Source of the DNA: Giardia intestinalis
Lineage: Eukaryota
Strand: one strand, 5' to 3'
NCBI GenBank assembly: GCA_000002435.2
Contig: CM018793.1
Length of the DNA stretch: 64,000 bases
Within the stretch, counting starts at the first letter, position 1. Each line of letters begins with the position of its first letter. The notes under the pieces are model-generated. The model did not search any database, had not been told where the DNA came from, and saw nothing but the letters and a program-made list of their open reading frames with translations. The translations under genes and the position numbers were made by a program. Shown here piece by piece: positions 28,618 to 38,367 of the stretch.

Positions 28618-28751
28618 ATCTGTCCACTAAGTCAACTAAGCACAGACATTTAAGGCATCATAAAAATTCAATCCCACCGCTCATCTCCCGAGTTCCCTAC
28701 AAAGTTTCCGAGGGAAATTTTAAATTTACGAATTATAGGACCATCTGGCCA

Positions 28752-29714
28752 ATGAGAGTAGACTCTTTTATTCGCATTCGGCCTTTTATTGGCAAAGAGA
28801 TAGGAGGGAGTCGAGGGTATCAGGTACTGGGGGACGCCGTAGACTTCCAGGATGACTTAATAGGGCGTCTTCCGTGCTCAGAAGTATTTGACCTCAGCAG
28901 TACCCAGGCGTCAATTTTTAAAACAGTTGCAGCCCCCTTAATAGATGCATCTTTGCTAGAAGATAAAACCCCCGTTTTATTTGTTGCAGGCCCTGCTTCG
29001 AGTGGGAAATCATTCACCATAGAAGGAAACCCAGATGAGAATTGCGCAGCAGGGCTCATATATAATGCGCTAAAGTACATACTCAACAATTCTCCCGATA
29101 AGCTGAGCTTAGCTGCACTTGCCGTCAGTCCCCTTCTTAAAAGCATTGACTTGTTAGCCCTCAGTTTCGATCCTGTTCCCGTGACAGTTCCAGTTGATCC
29201 CGTACTCACACCCTCTGTTCGGTATGACAGCTTTCTCCGACCTGTGCTTCAGTTGGCAGATTCCGTAGATTTGATAAAGTTGGGGTCTCGTCAACTTCGG
29301 CGACTTCAGCGCAAAGGGATTTGGAATTCTCTTTGGGTCATGGAGTATGAGATAAAGGGCTTTCACGGCCGGCTTTCCGTTGCGGAAATTAACGTATTTC
29401 CGTGTTCTCTCCGAGTAGACCTACATCTCAAGACGAGCTTAGAGAAAGTCATAGCAGGAGTTAGGCATTATGACTATGTGACGGATGAAGACTTAGTCGT
29501 AGATCCCCTTTTGCAGCTTCTTCGGGACTGTTTTAAGACAGACAGAGGACTGGTAAGCTTTATTCTTTGCTTGAGTGAGGCCACCAAGGCGCAGGATTTT
29601 CAGATGACAGAGTCTCTGGTGAAGCAGATGTTTGGGGTGGTAGAATCTGCCCTTGAGCGGTCTAAGAGGCTTTTAGCGTCTAAGGATCTAAAGTCCTGTA
29701 CTTTTCATATGTAA
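28752..29714 (+). CDS. Kinesin-motor-like protein with degenerate nucleotide-switch motifs.
   Basis: IRIRPF matches kinesin IRVxxRxRP. EVFDLSSTQASIFKTVAAPLIDASLLEDKTPVLFVAGPASSGKSFTIEG parallels kinesin FxFDxVF..tQeeVY....PLVdsvLeGyNgtIFAYGQTGSGKTyTMeG. GLIYNAL corresponds to GIIPRA. No SSRSH (switch I) or DLAGSE (switch II) equivalent was found. Only 320 aa. Confidence 0.45.
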   Translation: MRVDSFIRIRPFIGKEIGGSRGYQVLGDAVDFQDDLIGRLPCSEVFDLSSTQASIFKTVAAPLIDASLLEDKTPVLFVAGPASSGKSFTIEGNPDENCAAGLIYNALKYILNNSPDKLSLAALAVSPLLKSIDLLALSFDPVPVTVPVDPVLTPSVRYDSFLRPVLQLADSVDLIKLGSRQLRRLQRKGIWNSLWVMEYEIKGFHGRLSVAEINVFPCSLRVDLHLKTSLEKVIAGVRHYDYVTDEDLVVDPLLQLLRDCFKTDRGLVSFILCLSEATKAQDFQMTESLVKQMFGVVESALERSKRLLASKDLKSCTFHM

Positions 29715-29716
29715 AT
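29710..29716 (+). promoter_or_regulatory. Poly(A)-signal-like TGTAAAT overlapping the stop TAA of the kinesin-like gene.
   Basis: ATGTAAATA; GTAAAT overlaps the stop, the typical Giardia arrangement. Confidence 0.35.
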
Positions 29717-29747
29717 ATAACGCTGAAGACCCCAGCTATGGCCGAAC

Positions 29748-31364
29748 ATGTACTCTTTGGCATTGTTAAAGGCCCATTCTCAAAGAAAAAAGTGGACGAT
29801 GGACAAAAACCAGGTACAAAATGGTGACAGCGTCCTTCTCCATGTGCGAGGTGATCGCAGTTATATCACACGCATAGCGATGAGTAAGCCCGTTGACATA
29901 TATCACCATCGCGTTCAGAGTGATCTGCTCATAGGTCTAATATATAATGCCTTCTACATGCTAAGGGGAGGGGGGTCTAACATCACTATTGATCGGGCAG
30001 ATGACCCCACTGTTCAGGGGTACACAGCTCTGACAGCTGGAGGAGCTGGAGATGCGCTTGCCGGTCTCTGTGATAATGAGGCAGAAGAGCTCAGGCAAGC
30101 GCTGCTAGAATCGGAGTCTTATCAAGGGAAAGACACCGAGTTTTCTAGACAGAAGGCGGTGAATAGAGCACGGAAGCGCCACGTTTTAATTTTCAGCATA
30201 GAGCTAGCCAATCCATATAGTATCTGTAAGTATCTTTACACTGGTAAGACACCGGAGACAAATCTCTTCATGAGTCCGGGGAACTATTCTCTTCTTCTTC
30301 ACCACTCAGATGCAGCAAGAATTCCGGGGTATTCACGGATCCTTGTCTACGATGATTTGGATGGGCGTGTAGCAGCGGGTATCGCGTCTAGGATGGTTTT
30401 GACGGATGCAGTAGTCGACCCCACCAACGCAAATGTCAAGATGCTCATGGATGAATGCACTGAGCTTATTAACCAGTGTTCAGAAGTTAAAACCTTCAGA
30501 GAGCGGCATCGTCTGGGGTTCTTATTTTTGGAAAGGGTCAGGACTGTTTTGAACTTGCCAAGATGCGACCAGGAAGTTGTGGCTGTCACGGGCCGGACCC
30601 TTGGTGCAGGCTTAAAGAACGCTTTGATAGATAGCAACGTACTTCCAGCAAAGCATGGCTTAGAGGCTTCTAGACCCAATATTGCGCCGTTTGTGTGTGC
30701 CGTCAACTCTACCAAGCTTGCCGATGACGACGATCTGGGTCTTCTAGGGTATAGTATTGTTGGTGATGATACGTCTTGCCCAAAGCCCGAGGACGATTCT
30801 GTGCGTACGGATATCTGGACGCCTGAAAGTATAACTCGTGCAATTATGTGTGATTATGATATGTGGCTTGAGCGCAGACTCTGTCTTCTCAAGATTCCCG
30901 TGGACAAGCTCAAAGAAGTAATTTACTCAGCTCCCGATTTAGAATCGTTCTCTAGAAACACTCGGGCGCCGCTTTGCACTCCTCTAGACACAGATTTACT
31001 CCCCCTATCTTTTGATTCACTAGTGATTGCTGCCAGGTCGCGACCCCTTCCTTTAGCGCAGTTACTCTCTAAGTTTATTAGGCCAGCAGCCCCTGTCTCG
31101 GTCTACTCGCCCTCTGCAGAGGCCCTTGCAGAGCTTGGGCATTACCTATTGTCTACACGGTCTGGCCACATTCAGTCATACACAGATAACAGACTCCTCG
31201 ACTATCAGATTCTACCCGGGCGTACCAGGCCGGCGATGCTAGGAGAGTCATTTGGCGGCTATGTACTAACGTACTACACACAGCCACCCACTGAGAACGA
31301 CGAAAGCATATTCCGCAAATCCCGAAACGTGATGTTCTCCAAGAAGAGAAGTCTTAAGCAATAA
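29748..31364 (+). CDS. TRM6: tRNA (m1A58) methyltransferase non-catalytic subunit, TRM6/GCD10-like.
   Basis: NGDSVLLHVRGDRSYIT matches the TRMT6 N-terminal GDxVxL block. RILVYDDLDGRVAAGIASRM matches KMIVMETCAGLVLGAMMERM. The C-terminal SYTDNRLLDYQILPGRTRPAMLGESFGGYVLTY matches SETWLRNYQVLPDRSHPKLLMSGGGGYLLSG of human TRMT6. Confidence 0.55.
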   Translation: MYSLALLKAHSQRKKWTMDKNQVQNGDSVLLHVRGDRSYITRIAMSKPVDIYHHRVQSDLLIGLIYNAFYMLRGGGSNITIDRADDPTVQGYTALTAGGAGDALAGLCDNEAEELRQALLESESYQGKDTEFSRQKAVNRARKRHVLIFSIELANPYSICKYLYTGKTPETNLFMSPGNYSLLLHHSDAARIPGYSRILVYDDLDGRVAAGIASRMVLTDAVVDPTNANVKMLMDECTELINQCSEVKTFRERHRLGFLFLERVRTVLNLPRCDQEVVAVTGRTLGAGLKNALIDSNVLPAKHGLEASRPNIAPFVCAVNSTKLADDDDLGLLGYSIVGDDTSCPKPEDDSVRTDIWTPESITRAIMCDYDMWLERRLCLLKIPVDKLKEVIYSAPDLESFSRNTRAPLCTPLDTDLLPLSFDSLVIAARSRPLPLAQLLSKFIRPAAPVSVYSPSAEALAELGHYLLSTRSGHIQSYTDNRLLDYQILPGRTRPAMLGESFGGYVLTYYTQPPTENDESIFRKSRNVMFSKKRSLKQ

Positions 31365-31376
31365 CACAGTTTACGT

Positions 31377-34300
31377 CTACTTCAGTATGGAAAACTTGAG
31401 GCTTTGTGCCACATATGCCATGCACATTACACCGATGGGGGGTATCTTCATCAGTGCACACAAATCTACACCTTGACCATTAGCCGATGCGCGCCAGCCC
31501 ACGCGAATAAGCACCGGGAGGTTCTGCGGATATGCTGCAAGGGGGATGGACATGAGAAGAGAAACGTTAGTCGGCTGCATTTCCACGAGGTTGAAGTTTG
31601 CTCTTTTGGCCTTACGAACGATCACAGCAGCAACCTCATCAATGCTTGAAATCCCTAAGTTGGCGTATGTCAGCGACGAAGTATCCCTGTGAGCCAGGCT
31701 GTCCTGGACAAGGCCCCAGTTCTTGTTAAACTGCTGCACAGCTTGCGTAGGATTGATCAGGTTGCGGTCCGGGCCATGCATATTTGAGGTCTCTGAGGCC
31801 AAGACATGAATGGGTATCTTACATTGGAACTGACAGGGCCCTGGGGCACCATCGCACTTTATCGCGAACGTGAGAAGATTTAGATTGCCAGTACACTGAG
31901 GATCTGGCTGGCTAAGACGGGCTTGATTGAACTGCGTGTTGGGATCTTGCTTGAATTGCACGGGAACGAGAACAGGCTCCCCACCATTACTCTTCTGTCC
32001 AGGCTCCACGGAAGCTATTGAAAGCTGAGGAGAAACGGGAGAAATCCCAAGACCATTGGGTGCAAATCCGATCAACAAGTTGGTGAGTGGAGCAGAGCCC
32101 TTGTTGTGTACTGTTAGAAGAAGGAGAGGCTTTTGGTTCTCGCGAGTCCAGGAAATAGAGACCCCCATGACACCGTGATCGTTGACAACACGGATAGGGG
32201 CGTTCTGCACAGTGGCAAACGGATAGTCCGAAGAAAAGTAGGGCAGAGAAGCAGCGAGTAACTGAGTGCTTGTGGGGGGCGCGACGGGTGGAGAGGCAGC
32301 CGGAGGCATGACAAGCTCTGGCTTGTGCTCTGGAGCAGGTACCGCAGGCGTCTCCACTTTCGGAGTTATGAACGAAGCTGCATTGAAACTTGGCGCTGGC
32401 TCGGTGACCGGAGGTGCAGTCGGTGCAACCGGCGCGGCAGCGGGAACAGGCTCCGATGCCGCAATGGGACCCCCAATGAGCGATGCCAGCTTGTCAGGGG
32501 CTGGAGGCTGGGTAATCGGAGCTGCGGGGGTTGCAGAGCCATGACTAAGTAAATCTGTCACTGGAGCGCCAAAGGCGGGCAGATTGGTAGCAGGTTGGAC
32601 TTGTCTAACTGGTGCTGTTGGAAGAGTCACGTTAGGAATCGTGTGTGCAGAGGCGAATGCTGCAGGAAGAGCCGCCGCCTCTGATGTAGCAATGCTTGAG
32701 ATAGTAGTCTCGGCGGTCAGCGGAGGAGGAAGAGTACTGGAAAGTGTGTCTGTCTTCGCACCCACAATCTCGTCATAATTCACCTCCTGGATGTTAGTTC
32801 CAACCGCGTCCAGAATACGGATGGCCTCCTCAACGTCAGGGCCGCTATAAACGGTATCTGTGATCATCTCACGCATTACGCAAGAAACACTACCGAGCTC
32901 GCGTACGAGTGTAGCACGAATTGCATCAGGCATGCCATCCGTTATCTGTGGGGCAGCCTTCTGGGAGAAAAGCACCCCTTTAGCCGTCTGAAGAGTCGGG
33001 TCAACACCGAGGAGCCTCCAATAGAAGGAAGCGCGTTGACGAACGTCGGGTGATTCTGCTCTTTCCGTCGCCAATTGGAGCGTGTGCTGCAAGAGTCTCT
33101 GAGTATCAATGGTAGGTACATGGAGGAAAAGCTTGGTGCAAGAGGTGATAAACTGAAGCTGCACAACGGCAGGCTCATCCAGAAATGAACCCTTGAAGTT
33201 AGGATCATAGTCCTCCTCGGTTGCGGTTAAGATAGGCGACAGACCAACTAAATCCGAAATAACCTCCTCCGACCCCTCAATACGGTTGGCATACTCTCCG
33301 ATGATCCAAATGAGCGCAGCCTTTGCGTCAGGGTCATCGAGGGTAACGATGGTTTCACAGAGGATTCCAATGATGCCTTCATAACGCTCTGGGTATCGCC
33401 TGAAAATAAGCTGTGTGGCGACCATAAGCTCCTGAGCAGCATAGTCGGGAAACTTATAGTACTGGGTCTCTCGCTCGGATTCTCCTTCCTCGCCGCTTTG
33501 GCCTGTGATAAGCTTAACAAAGCGATGAACTGCTAGATCGGCCGCCGCAGGGACACGGATGGCAACCGTGCCCAGTGCACGGATGCTAGCCCGGACAAAC
33601 TGGGGGTCAACGTCTCTAGCATACTCAGAGAGCTCCATCACGACCTCCTGACAGTTCTGCGAGTCCGCCAGAAGGGCAAGCATCTCGATCTTCTCAAGCT
33701 TGATGTACAGAGGGTCGTTATACTTGACAAAGAAGAGACGGATCTGCTTACTAAAGGGATTCTCCTGCTCCTGGTTGATGAACGCAGACGCCACAAGTCT
33801 CAGGCAACGAAGAGCGATCCACTGTGACTCTGGGGACGTCGAAGAGCCAACGAAGGAGAGAAGGGGCCCAACACACATACCCTGCACCTTGTAGCACTGC
33901 TCTGTATTAAGGATGGGAGGGTCGGCGTAGATGTACTTGAGGACTAGGTTGATAGTGACAAGGCTGACAGCCGGGTTGTTGTGGCGAAGGAAGTTTGCTA
34001 AACGTTGAATGGTCGCATCTGCTTCTTCATAGTTCAGAGGCAGTTGTCCATAATTTGCAATTGCTGTTAAAATGTGCATTGCCGACCATTCAGTAGATGA
34101 TGTGAGGGCTGTCAAAAGGGCCTGAACCTCCTGCCAGTTGAATAGCATGCCGATGTCCTGGATACCAAAGATCCCGTAAAGCTGCTCCGGCGAGAGCTGA
34201 GTGGCCACGTTGACAAGAGACGAGGCGGCGGCGGCGACTACAGCCTGGTTTCCGTCTGAAAGAAGCTCCTTCAGAATCAGCAGCATATTCATTTGAATAA

Positions 34301-34775
34301 CCATCTCAGGAGAGATCCTATAGATCTTGGCAACAGCCGTGGCGGCGGTCTTACGAACAAAGGGATCTGCGTCACCAAGTGCCCGCCCAATAGCATTTGT
34401 AAAGACCTGTAAGGTCTCCTGGGTGCACAAGTTCCCCATAGTACGGATTGCAAGGGCACGAATAACAGCCTGCTCACGGTCTTGAGAGTCCATATCCAAG
34501 ACAGAGCCTACCTGCACGGGGGTGTCCGGATTCATCTTATGGTAGTTCAGGACGAAAAGGTATACGACTTTCTTGAGCTTTATATCCTTGGTTGCGGCAA
34601 AACGGCAAACAAGGGGAAAGATGCTGCTGACGTCGCGCCCGAGAGATAGCGCAGAAAGTATCTGGCCGACAACCTCGCGGTGATCCTCAACCTTGTTAGA
34701 GGTCTGCAATTTTTCAGACCAAAACTCCAGCTCCTCCTTTGCTGCATTCTTGTCCTTGGCCTTTGAGCGGCTCAT
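31377..34775 (-). CDS. AP-complex beta-adaptin (large beta subunit of the AP-1/AP-2 type). Start moved to the ATG at 34773-34775.
   Basis: GRDVSSIFPLVC, LKKVVYLFVLNY, IRALAIRTMG and DPFVRKTAATAVAKI match beta-adaptin GKDVSSLFPDVV, LKKLVYLYLMNY, IRALAVRTMG and DPYVRKTAAVCVAKL. A Pro/Ala-rich hinge and a C-terminal appendage-like region follow. The track start 34814 is TTG. Confidence 0.85.
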   Translation of the reverse strand: MSRSKAKDKNAAKEELEFWSEKLQTSNKVEDHREVVGQILSALSLGRDVSSIFPLVCRFAATKDIKLKKVVYLFVLNYHKMNPDTPVQVGSVLDMDSQDREQAVIRALAIRTMGNLCTQETLQVFTNAIGRALGDADPFVRKTAATAVAKIYRISPEMVIQMNMLLILKELLSDGNQAVVAAAASSLVNVATQLSPEQLYGIFGIQDIGMLFNWQEVQALLTALTSSTEWSAMHILTAIANYGQLPLNYEEADATIQRLANFLRHNNPAVSLVTINLVLKYIYADPPILNTEQCYKVQGMCVGPLLSFVGSSTSPESQWIALRCLRLVASAFINQEQENPFSKQIRLFFVKYNDPLYIKLEKIEMLALLADSQNCQEVVMELSEYARDVDPQFVRASIRALGTVAIRVPAAADLAVHRFVKLITGQSGEEGESERETQYYKFPDYAAQELMVATQLIFRRYPERYEGIIGILCETIVTLDDPDAKAALIWIIGEYANRIEGSEEVISDLVGLSPILTATEEDYDPNFKGSFLDEPAVVQLQFITSCTKLFLHVPTIDTQRLLQHTLQLATERAESPDVRQRASFYWRLLGVDPTLQTAKGVLFSQKAAPQITDGMPDAIRATLVRELGSVSCVMREMITDTVYSGPDVEEAIRILDAVGTNIQEVNYDEIVGAKTDTLSSTLPPPLTAETTISSIATSEAAALPAAFASAHTIPNVTLPTAPVRQVQPATNLPAFGAPVTDLLSHGSATPAAPITQPPAPDKLASLIGGPIAASEPVPAAAPVAPTAPPVTEPAPSFNAASFITPKVETPAVPAPEHKPELVMPPAASPPVAPPTSTQLLAASLPYFSSDYPFATVQNAPIRVVNDHGVMGVSISWTRENQKPLLLLTVHNKGSAPLTNLLIGFAPNGLGISPVSPQLSIASVEPGQKSNGGEPVLVPVQFKQDPNTQFNQARLSQPDPQCTGNLNLLTFAIKCDGAPGPCQFQCKIPIHVLASETSNMHGPDRNLINPTQAVQQFNKNWGLVQDSLAHRDTSSLTYANLGISSIDEVAAVIVRKAKRANFNLVEMQPTNVSLLMSIPLAAYPQNLPVLIRVGWRASANGQGVDLCALMKIPPIGVMCMAYVAQSLKFSILK

Positions 34776-37312
34776 TTTTTGTGGCGGTTTTAAATACTTT
34801 GACGAATACTCCAATTTTAGAAATCACAGGGCTGCTCGGGCGCTACACAAGAATCCCTGAGCAGCACTTGCAATCTGTTTCTATTGCTCTTTATGAAAAG
34901 CTAGCCCCTTTTTCTAAGTTTACAGAAGATAGGATACAAGATAAGATCTCTGAAATAGACAGCACCTTGTCTCCAGAGTTTAGGAGACTATGTGCAAAGC
35001 TCATCAAGTCTTCTAGTCAATCCAGAGAGGCTGGGCCCAGGGGATATAGTGACCATTATAGAGCTGTTTCTTCTCTTCTGCGGGACGAGCAGGCCACACA
35101 TCTTTCTATAAAGAAAAACCCCCTTCGCTCTTTATCCTTGAATTCAGCCCGAAAGTTCTTTTGTTCAAATGGGTTGAATGCGCTCAATTCATTTGCAAGG
35201 GGTCATTCAACTCTAATTAGAACAACTACAGAAGCAACAAAGACTAAGCAGCTGGCCAATCTACCAATTACCTTACGCGCCGAAGAACTTGTGCGTCTTT
35301 TAGAAGAAAACGATGTATTGATTGTTATTGCAGAGACAGGATCCGGAAAGTCCACCCAACTTCCACAGATTCTCTACTCGCACTTCGGGTCGAGTCTCTT
35401 TATGATGGTTACTCAGCCTCGCCGCGTTTCAGCAATATCTTTGGCTCGATACGTAGACAGATGCATGTCACCACATTGTCGTCATGGGACGGCAGCATAT
35501 TCTGTTCGCTTTGAAAGTACCGTTACTCCTCATACGCAAATTACATATGCCACAGAGGGGATTTTGCTTAGGATGCTCATAGATGCAATGAAAGGCGATG
35601 AAGGGGCGATAGACATAATCCGCAAATATACCGTCTTCCTGATTGATGAAGTACATGAGAAGACAATCAATTCATATATTATTTTGTTTCTCCTTTGCAT
35701 TTTCAAAGGGCCCAAGATCCTCATCTGCTCTGCAACTGCGGAGACGGAGGCATTAAAGAAATATGTGCAGCAATTGAGCAAGAGCGTAGCTGCACTACAT
35801 GTTTGTGGCAAGACCTTTCCGGTAAAAGAGGTCTATTACGAGGATTTATACCCATCTGCACTTACGGAGCTTAATAGTAGCTTCTTTGGCCCACAGGGCT
35901 TCCTTGAGAAATGCATATCAGTCGTCCAATACCTGATTGACAATCATGCACACACACCACTGGATGGTGCCACAGCAGGATCATACCTGGTATTTCTACC
36001 AGGGAAGCAAGAAATTCACACGGCCATTTCAATGCTCAATATGGCAGAACGTAACAAACAGAGAGATGGCTCAACATACAAACTACTCCTACTACAGTGT
36101 TACTCTGGGCTGCCTGATGGGTCTATCCAACTGCTCTTTGACGCGCCTCCACCGGGGACAATAAAAATTATTTTCGCTACGAATGTTGCAGAGACGTCCA
36201 TAACCATTCCAGATGTAACGGTTGTGGTGGACTCCGGCTACTGCAAACAAATGATGTTTGACACAGAGACAGGATACTATCGCTTGGTCACAAAACGGAT
36301 ATCGAAAGCTCAGGCAGTGCAAAGAAAGGGCCGTGCAGGACGCGTACAAAAGGGAGCTGTATATAGAGCGTACACGCGGGCTATATATGCATCTCTTGAA
36401 GCCCATATCGAGCCAGAGATACTCCGGTGCGACCTTTCGTCTTCCACCTTGGCGCTCCTAACAGCAGGCTTCAGAATTGAAGACTCCTGGCTCTTAGATA
36501 GACCACCCGTTACAGCTATGGAGGCAGCTTACAGATACCTATACTCCCTTGGAGCTATATCTGACTCCATGGCCCTGACACCAATAGGGATGTGTCTATC
36601 AAAAATACCCGAAGATCCTAGGTTGGGGTCTGTACTTTTTGAAGCAGCCTCTCGCGGAACTTTGACCCCATGCGCCAGAATTGCTGCTGCCCTCTCTGTG
36701 CTCCAGAATGAGCATAGTTTCTTAATCTCTACTGCCACAGGGCCACCGGAACAGCAAGGGATAACCTTTGGGGGCTCACAAGGTGATCACTTGCTTCTTT
36801 TAAAAATCCTGGATGCTTATGCTGAGCTGAAGAAAGACCGAATAATTAGAGAGGAGTGGGCCAGGAGACATAGGCTAAGAGAACAAAAGATAATTGAGGC
36901 TCTTCAACTGGCAGAGAAGTATATCGGCTTATTAGCTGCGCTGACTGAGGTGCCAAATCCAGGTACATCTAAATCATCATACGATCGGGCCCTTACCAGT
37001 ACAACAAGTGAGATCTTACTTCCTTTCATCAAAGCAGGGCTATATAACGTACTTAGGCGCAACAGCTCTGGCCCAAGTGTAACGTACAGTAGGCTAAGCA
37101 AAGAGGACAATTCAGAGGAGATTCTTATCCACCTGTCAAGCTGCTTAAGGAACAGTGCCAACAGGTTCATTATTTGCGAAACTATTCTCAGCACAACTGC
37201 TCTATATGCATGCGTCTGTAGTCCTGTATCTGCTAAGGCATTAGCAATGCTATTTCCACACATGCTAGAGGTATATCGCGAACACCCAAAAAAGTGTTCT
37301 ATCAAGTGCTAG
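34739..37312 (+). CDS. DEAH-box (DHX-family) RNA helicase. The translation start is unresolved: the track start is TTG and there is no in-frame ATG before motif I.
   Basis: Motif I IAETGSGKSTQLPQ, motif II LIDEVHE, motif III SATAETE, motif V FATNVAETSITIPDVTVVVDSG, motif VI QRKGRAGRVQKG, and a C-terminal HA2/OB-like region. From the in-frame stop at 34697-34699 to residue ~220 (LFMMV) there is no ATG. The 5' end overlaps the beta-adaptin 5' coding end by 37 nt. Confidence 0.75.
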   Translation: MLHSCPWPLSGSFFVAVLNTLTNTPILEITGLLGRYTRIPEQHLQSVSIALYEKLAPFSKFTEDRIQDKISEIDSTLSPEFRRLCAKLIKSSSQSREAGPRGYSDHYRAVSSLLRDEQATHLSIKKNPLRSLSLNSARKFFCSNGLNALNSFARGHSTLIRTTTEATKTKQLANLPITLRAEELVRLLEENDVLIVIAETGSGKSTQLPQILYSHFGSSLFMMVTQPRRVSAISLARYVDRCMSPHCRHGTAAYSVRFESTVTPHTQITYATEGILLRMLIDAMKGDEGAIDIIRKYTVFLIDEVHEKTINSYIILFLLCIFKGPKILICSATAETEALKKYVQQLSKSVAALHVCGKTFPVKEVYYEDLYPSALTELNSSFFGPQGFLEKCISVVQYLIDNHAHTPLDGATAGSYLVFLPGKQEIHTAISMLNMAERNKQRDGSTYKLLLLQCYSGLPDGSIQLLFDAPPPGTIKIIFATNVAETSITIPDVTVVVDSGYCKQMMFDTETGYYRLVTKRISKAQAVQRKGRAGRVQKGAVYRAYTRAIYASLEAHIEPEILRCDLSSSTLALLTAGFRIEDSWLLDRPPVTAMEAAYRYLYSLGAISDSMALTPIGMCLSKIPEDPRLGSVLFEAASRGTLTPCARIAAALSVLQNEHSFLISTATGPPEQQGITFGGSQGDHLLLLKILDAYAELKKDRIIREEWARRHRLREQKIIEALQLAEKYIGLLAALTEVPNPGTSKSSYDRALTSTTSEILLPFIKAGLYNVLRRNSSGPSVTYSRLSKEDNSEEILIHLSSCLRNSANRFIICETILSTTALYACVCSPVSAKALAMLFPHMLEVYREHPKKCSIKC

Positions 37313-38322
37313 GTGCACATTTTAATAAAGAGGCTGATAAGCTTCCAATCTGATATCTCCGGCTTTGTTAGCTGCTGCAGAGGCGGCAGCTTCCTGTACC
37401 CCTTCTCTAGCTTCTCTAGGATCTCCCTTATGCTCTCTATATTGTCTGCCTGCCTTACGGGAAGGTTTTTCTGCGCCCACTTTTTCTTACAAAAGGCATC
37501 AATGGGTATCAAATTACACCCTGCAATCTCAGAGGAGCAAAGTGCCTCTGCTTTCTCCAGCATGGAGTCTGGTACGCCGGGGGCAAAGTGAAGATGGTAC
37601 CCAGAGGCAGTCAGCTTGATGGGGTCTGATCGTATTAGCGGTGTCTGTCCGGAGAGAAAATCATACGGCCCGATGGGCATGGGTCCCCATGCATTCATAG
37701 GAAGAATCGCCTTGAGGTCTTGATGGTAGTAGCAATACGGATCCCACAGAAAAGGACCGAGATAGAGCTGAGTTTCTTCGTATGCTTCTCTAAGAGAGGC
37801 GACAGTCGAGTCCTCTCCGTCCTCTAAACCACCCTTGGGAATAGAGTATTTGGGTCCGTGCATAAATTGGCCTCGAACAAGCAGCACTTTCGTCAAGTCT
37901 TGGTTAAGAATAACAAGAGCCGCTTTTTCACCGTTTATGCGCAGCCTCGAGTGCTCGCGAAGCTTCTTTAGACACACATCAATAAATGACTCCCAAGAGT
38001 TAGAGATGTCTTCAAAGAAAGCACGCTCTCTCATGACGGAGAGGTACGCCTTTAAGAAGCACTTAATTAGAAAGGTCTCCCGCTGGTTCTGGAATTCAGC
38101 CGCGATCTCCGGATCTTTAAGGAGCCCGTAGTTATCTAGAACATAGTAAAATGCCATAAAGAAAAGACTTATAATATGTTTAGACAGGGTGTGCCAATTT
38201 TCCTCCTCCTTGCAGAGAGCGGTGAGATTATAAAAGCGATAAATTACCTCCTTTTCTGCTATAGTAAGCGCGAACTTTGTAGGGACTTGCGAGTCTTGCT
38301 CGTCTCGCTGAGCCTTACTCAT
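37309..38322 (-). CDS. DCP2: Nudix hydrolase with a Dcp2-like N-terminal domain, a candidate mRNA decapping enzyme Dcp2. Start moved to the ATG at 38320-38322.
   Basis: Nudix box GGLEDGEDSTVASLREAYEETQL. Upstream, AALVILNQDLTKVLLVRGQF...KYSIPKGG matches Dcp2 GAIILN...KVLLVKG...WGFPKGK. There is an alpha-helical N-terminal domain. The stop overlaps the helicase stop (CTAG). Confidence 0.6.
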   Translation of the reverse strand: MSKAQRDEQDSQVPTKFALTIAEKEVIYRFYNLTALCKEEENWHTLSKHIISLFFMAFYYVLDNYGLLKDPEIAAEFQNQRETFLIKCFLKAYLSVMRERAFFEDISNSWESFIDVCLKKLREHSRLRINGEKAALVILNQDLTKVLLVRGQFMHGPKYSIPKGGLEDGEDSTVASLREAYEETQLYLGPFLWDPYCYYHQDLKAILPMNAWGPMPIGPYDFLSGQTPLIRSDPIKLTASGYHLHFAPGVPDSMLEKAEALCSSEIAGCNLIPIDAFCKKKWAQKNLPVRQADNIESIREILEKLEKGYRKLPPLQQLTKPEISDWKLISLFIKMCT

Positions 38323-38367
38323 GATGATATTTTTCAATGTTAAAGCTTGTACCGTTTTAATTTAAAG
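38323..38367. promoter_or_regulatory. 45-bp AT-rich divergent intergenic region between the Dcp2-like and PMCA genes, a putative bidirectional initiator region.
   Basis: gatgatatttttcaatgttaaagcttgtaccgttttaatttaaag. AT-rich tracts abut both ATGs, consistent with Giardia short AT-rich initiator promoters. Confidence 0.4.

Noticed and set aside
31355-31372. AATAACACAG at the Trm6 stop, resembling the Giardia fused branch-point/3' splice-site motif CT[AG]ACACACAG.
   Set aside because: It lacks the leading C and one AC unit. No upstream GTATGT 5' splice site or interrupted ORF needs an intron here. The TAA within it functions as the gene's stop, so this is coincidental.
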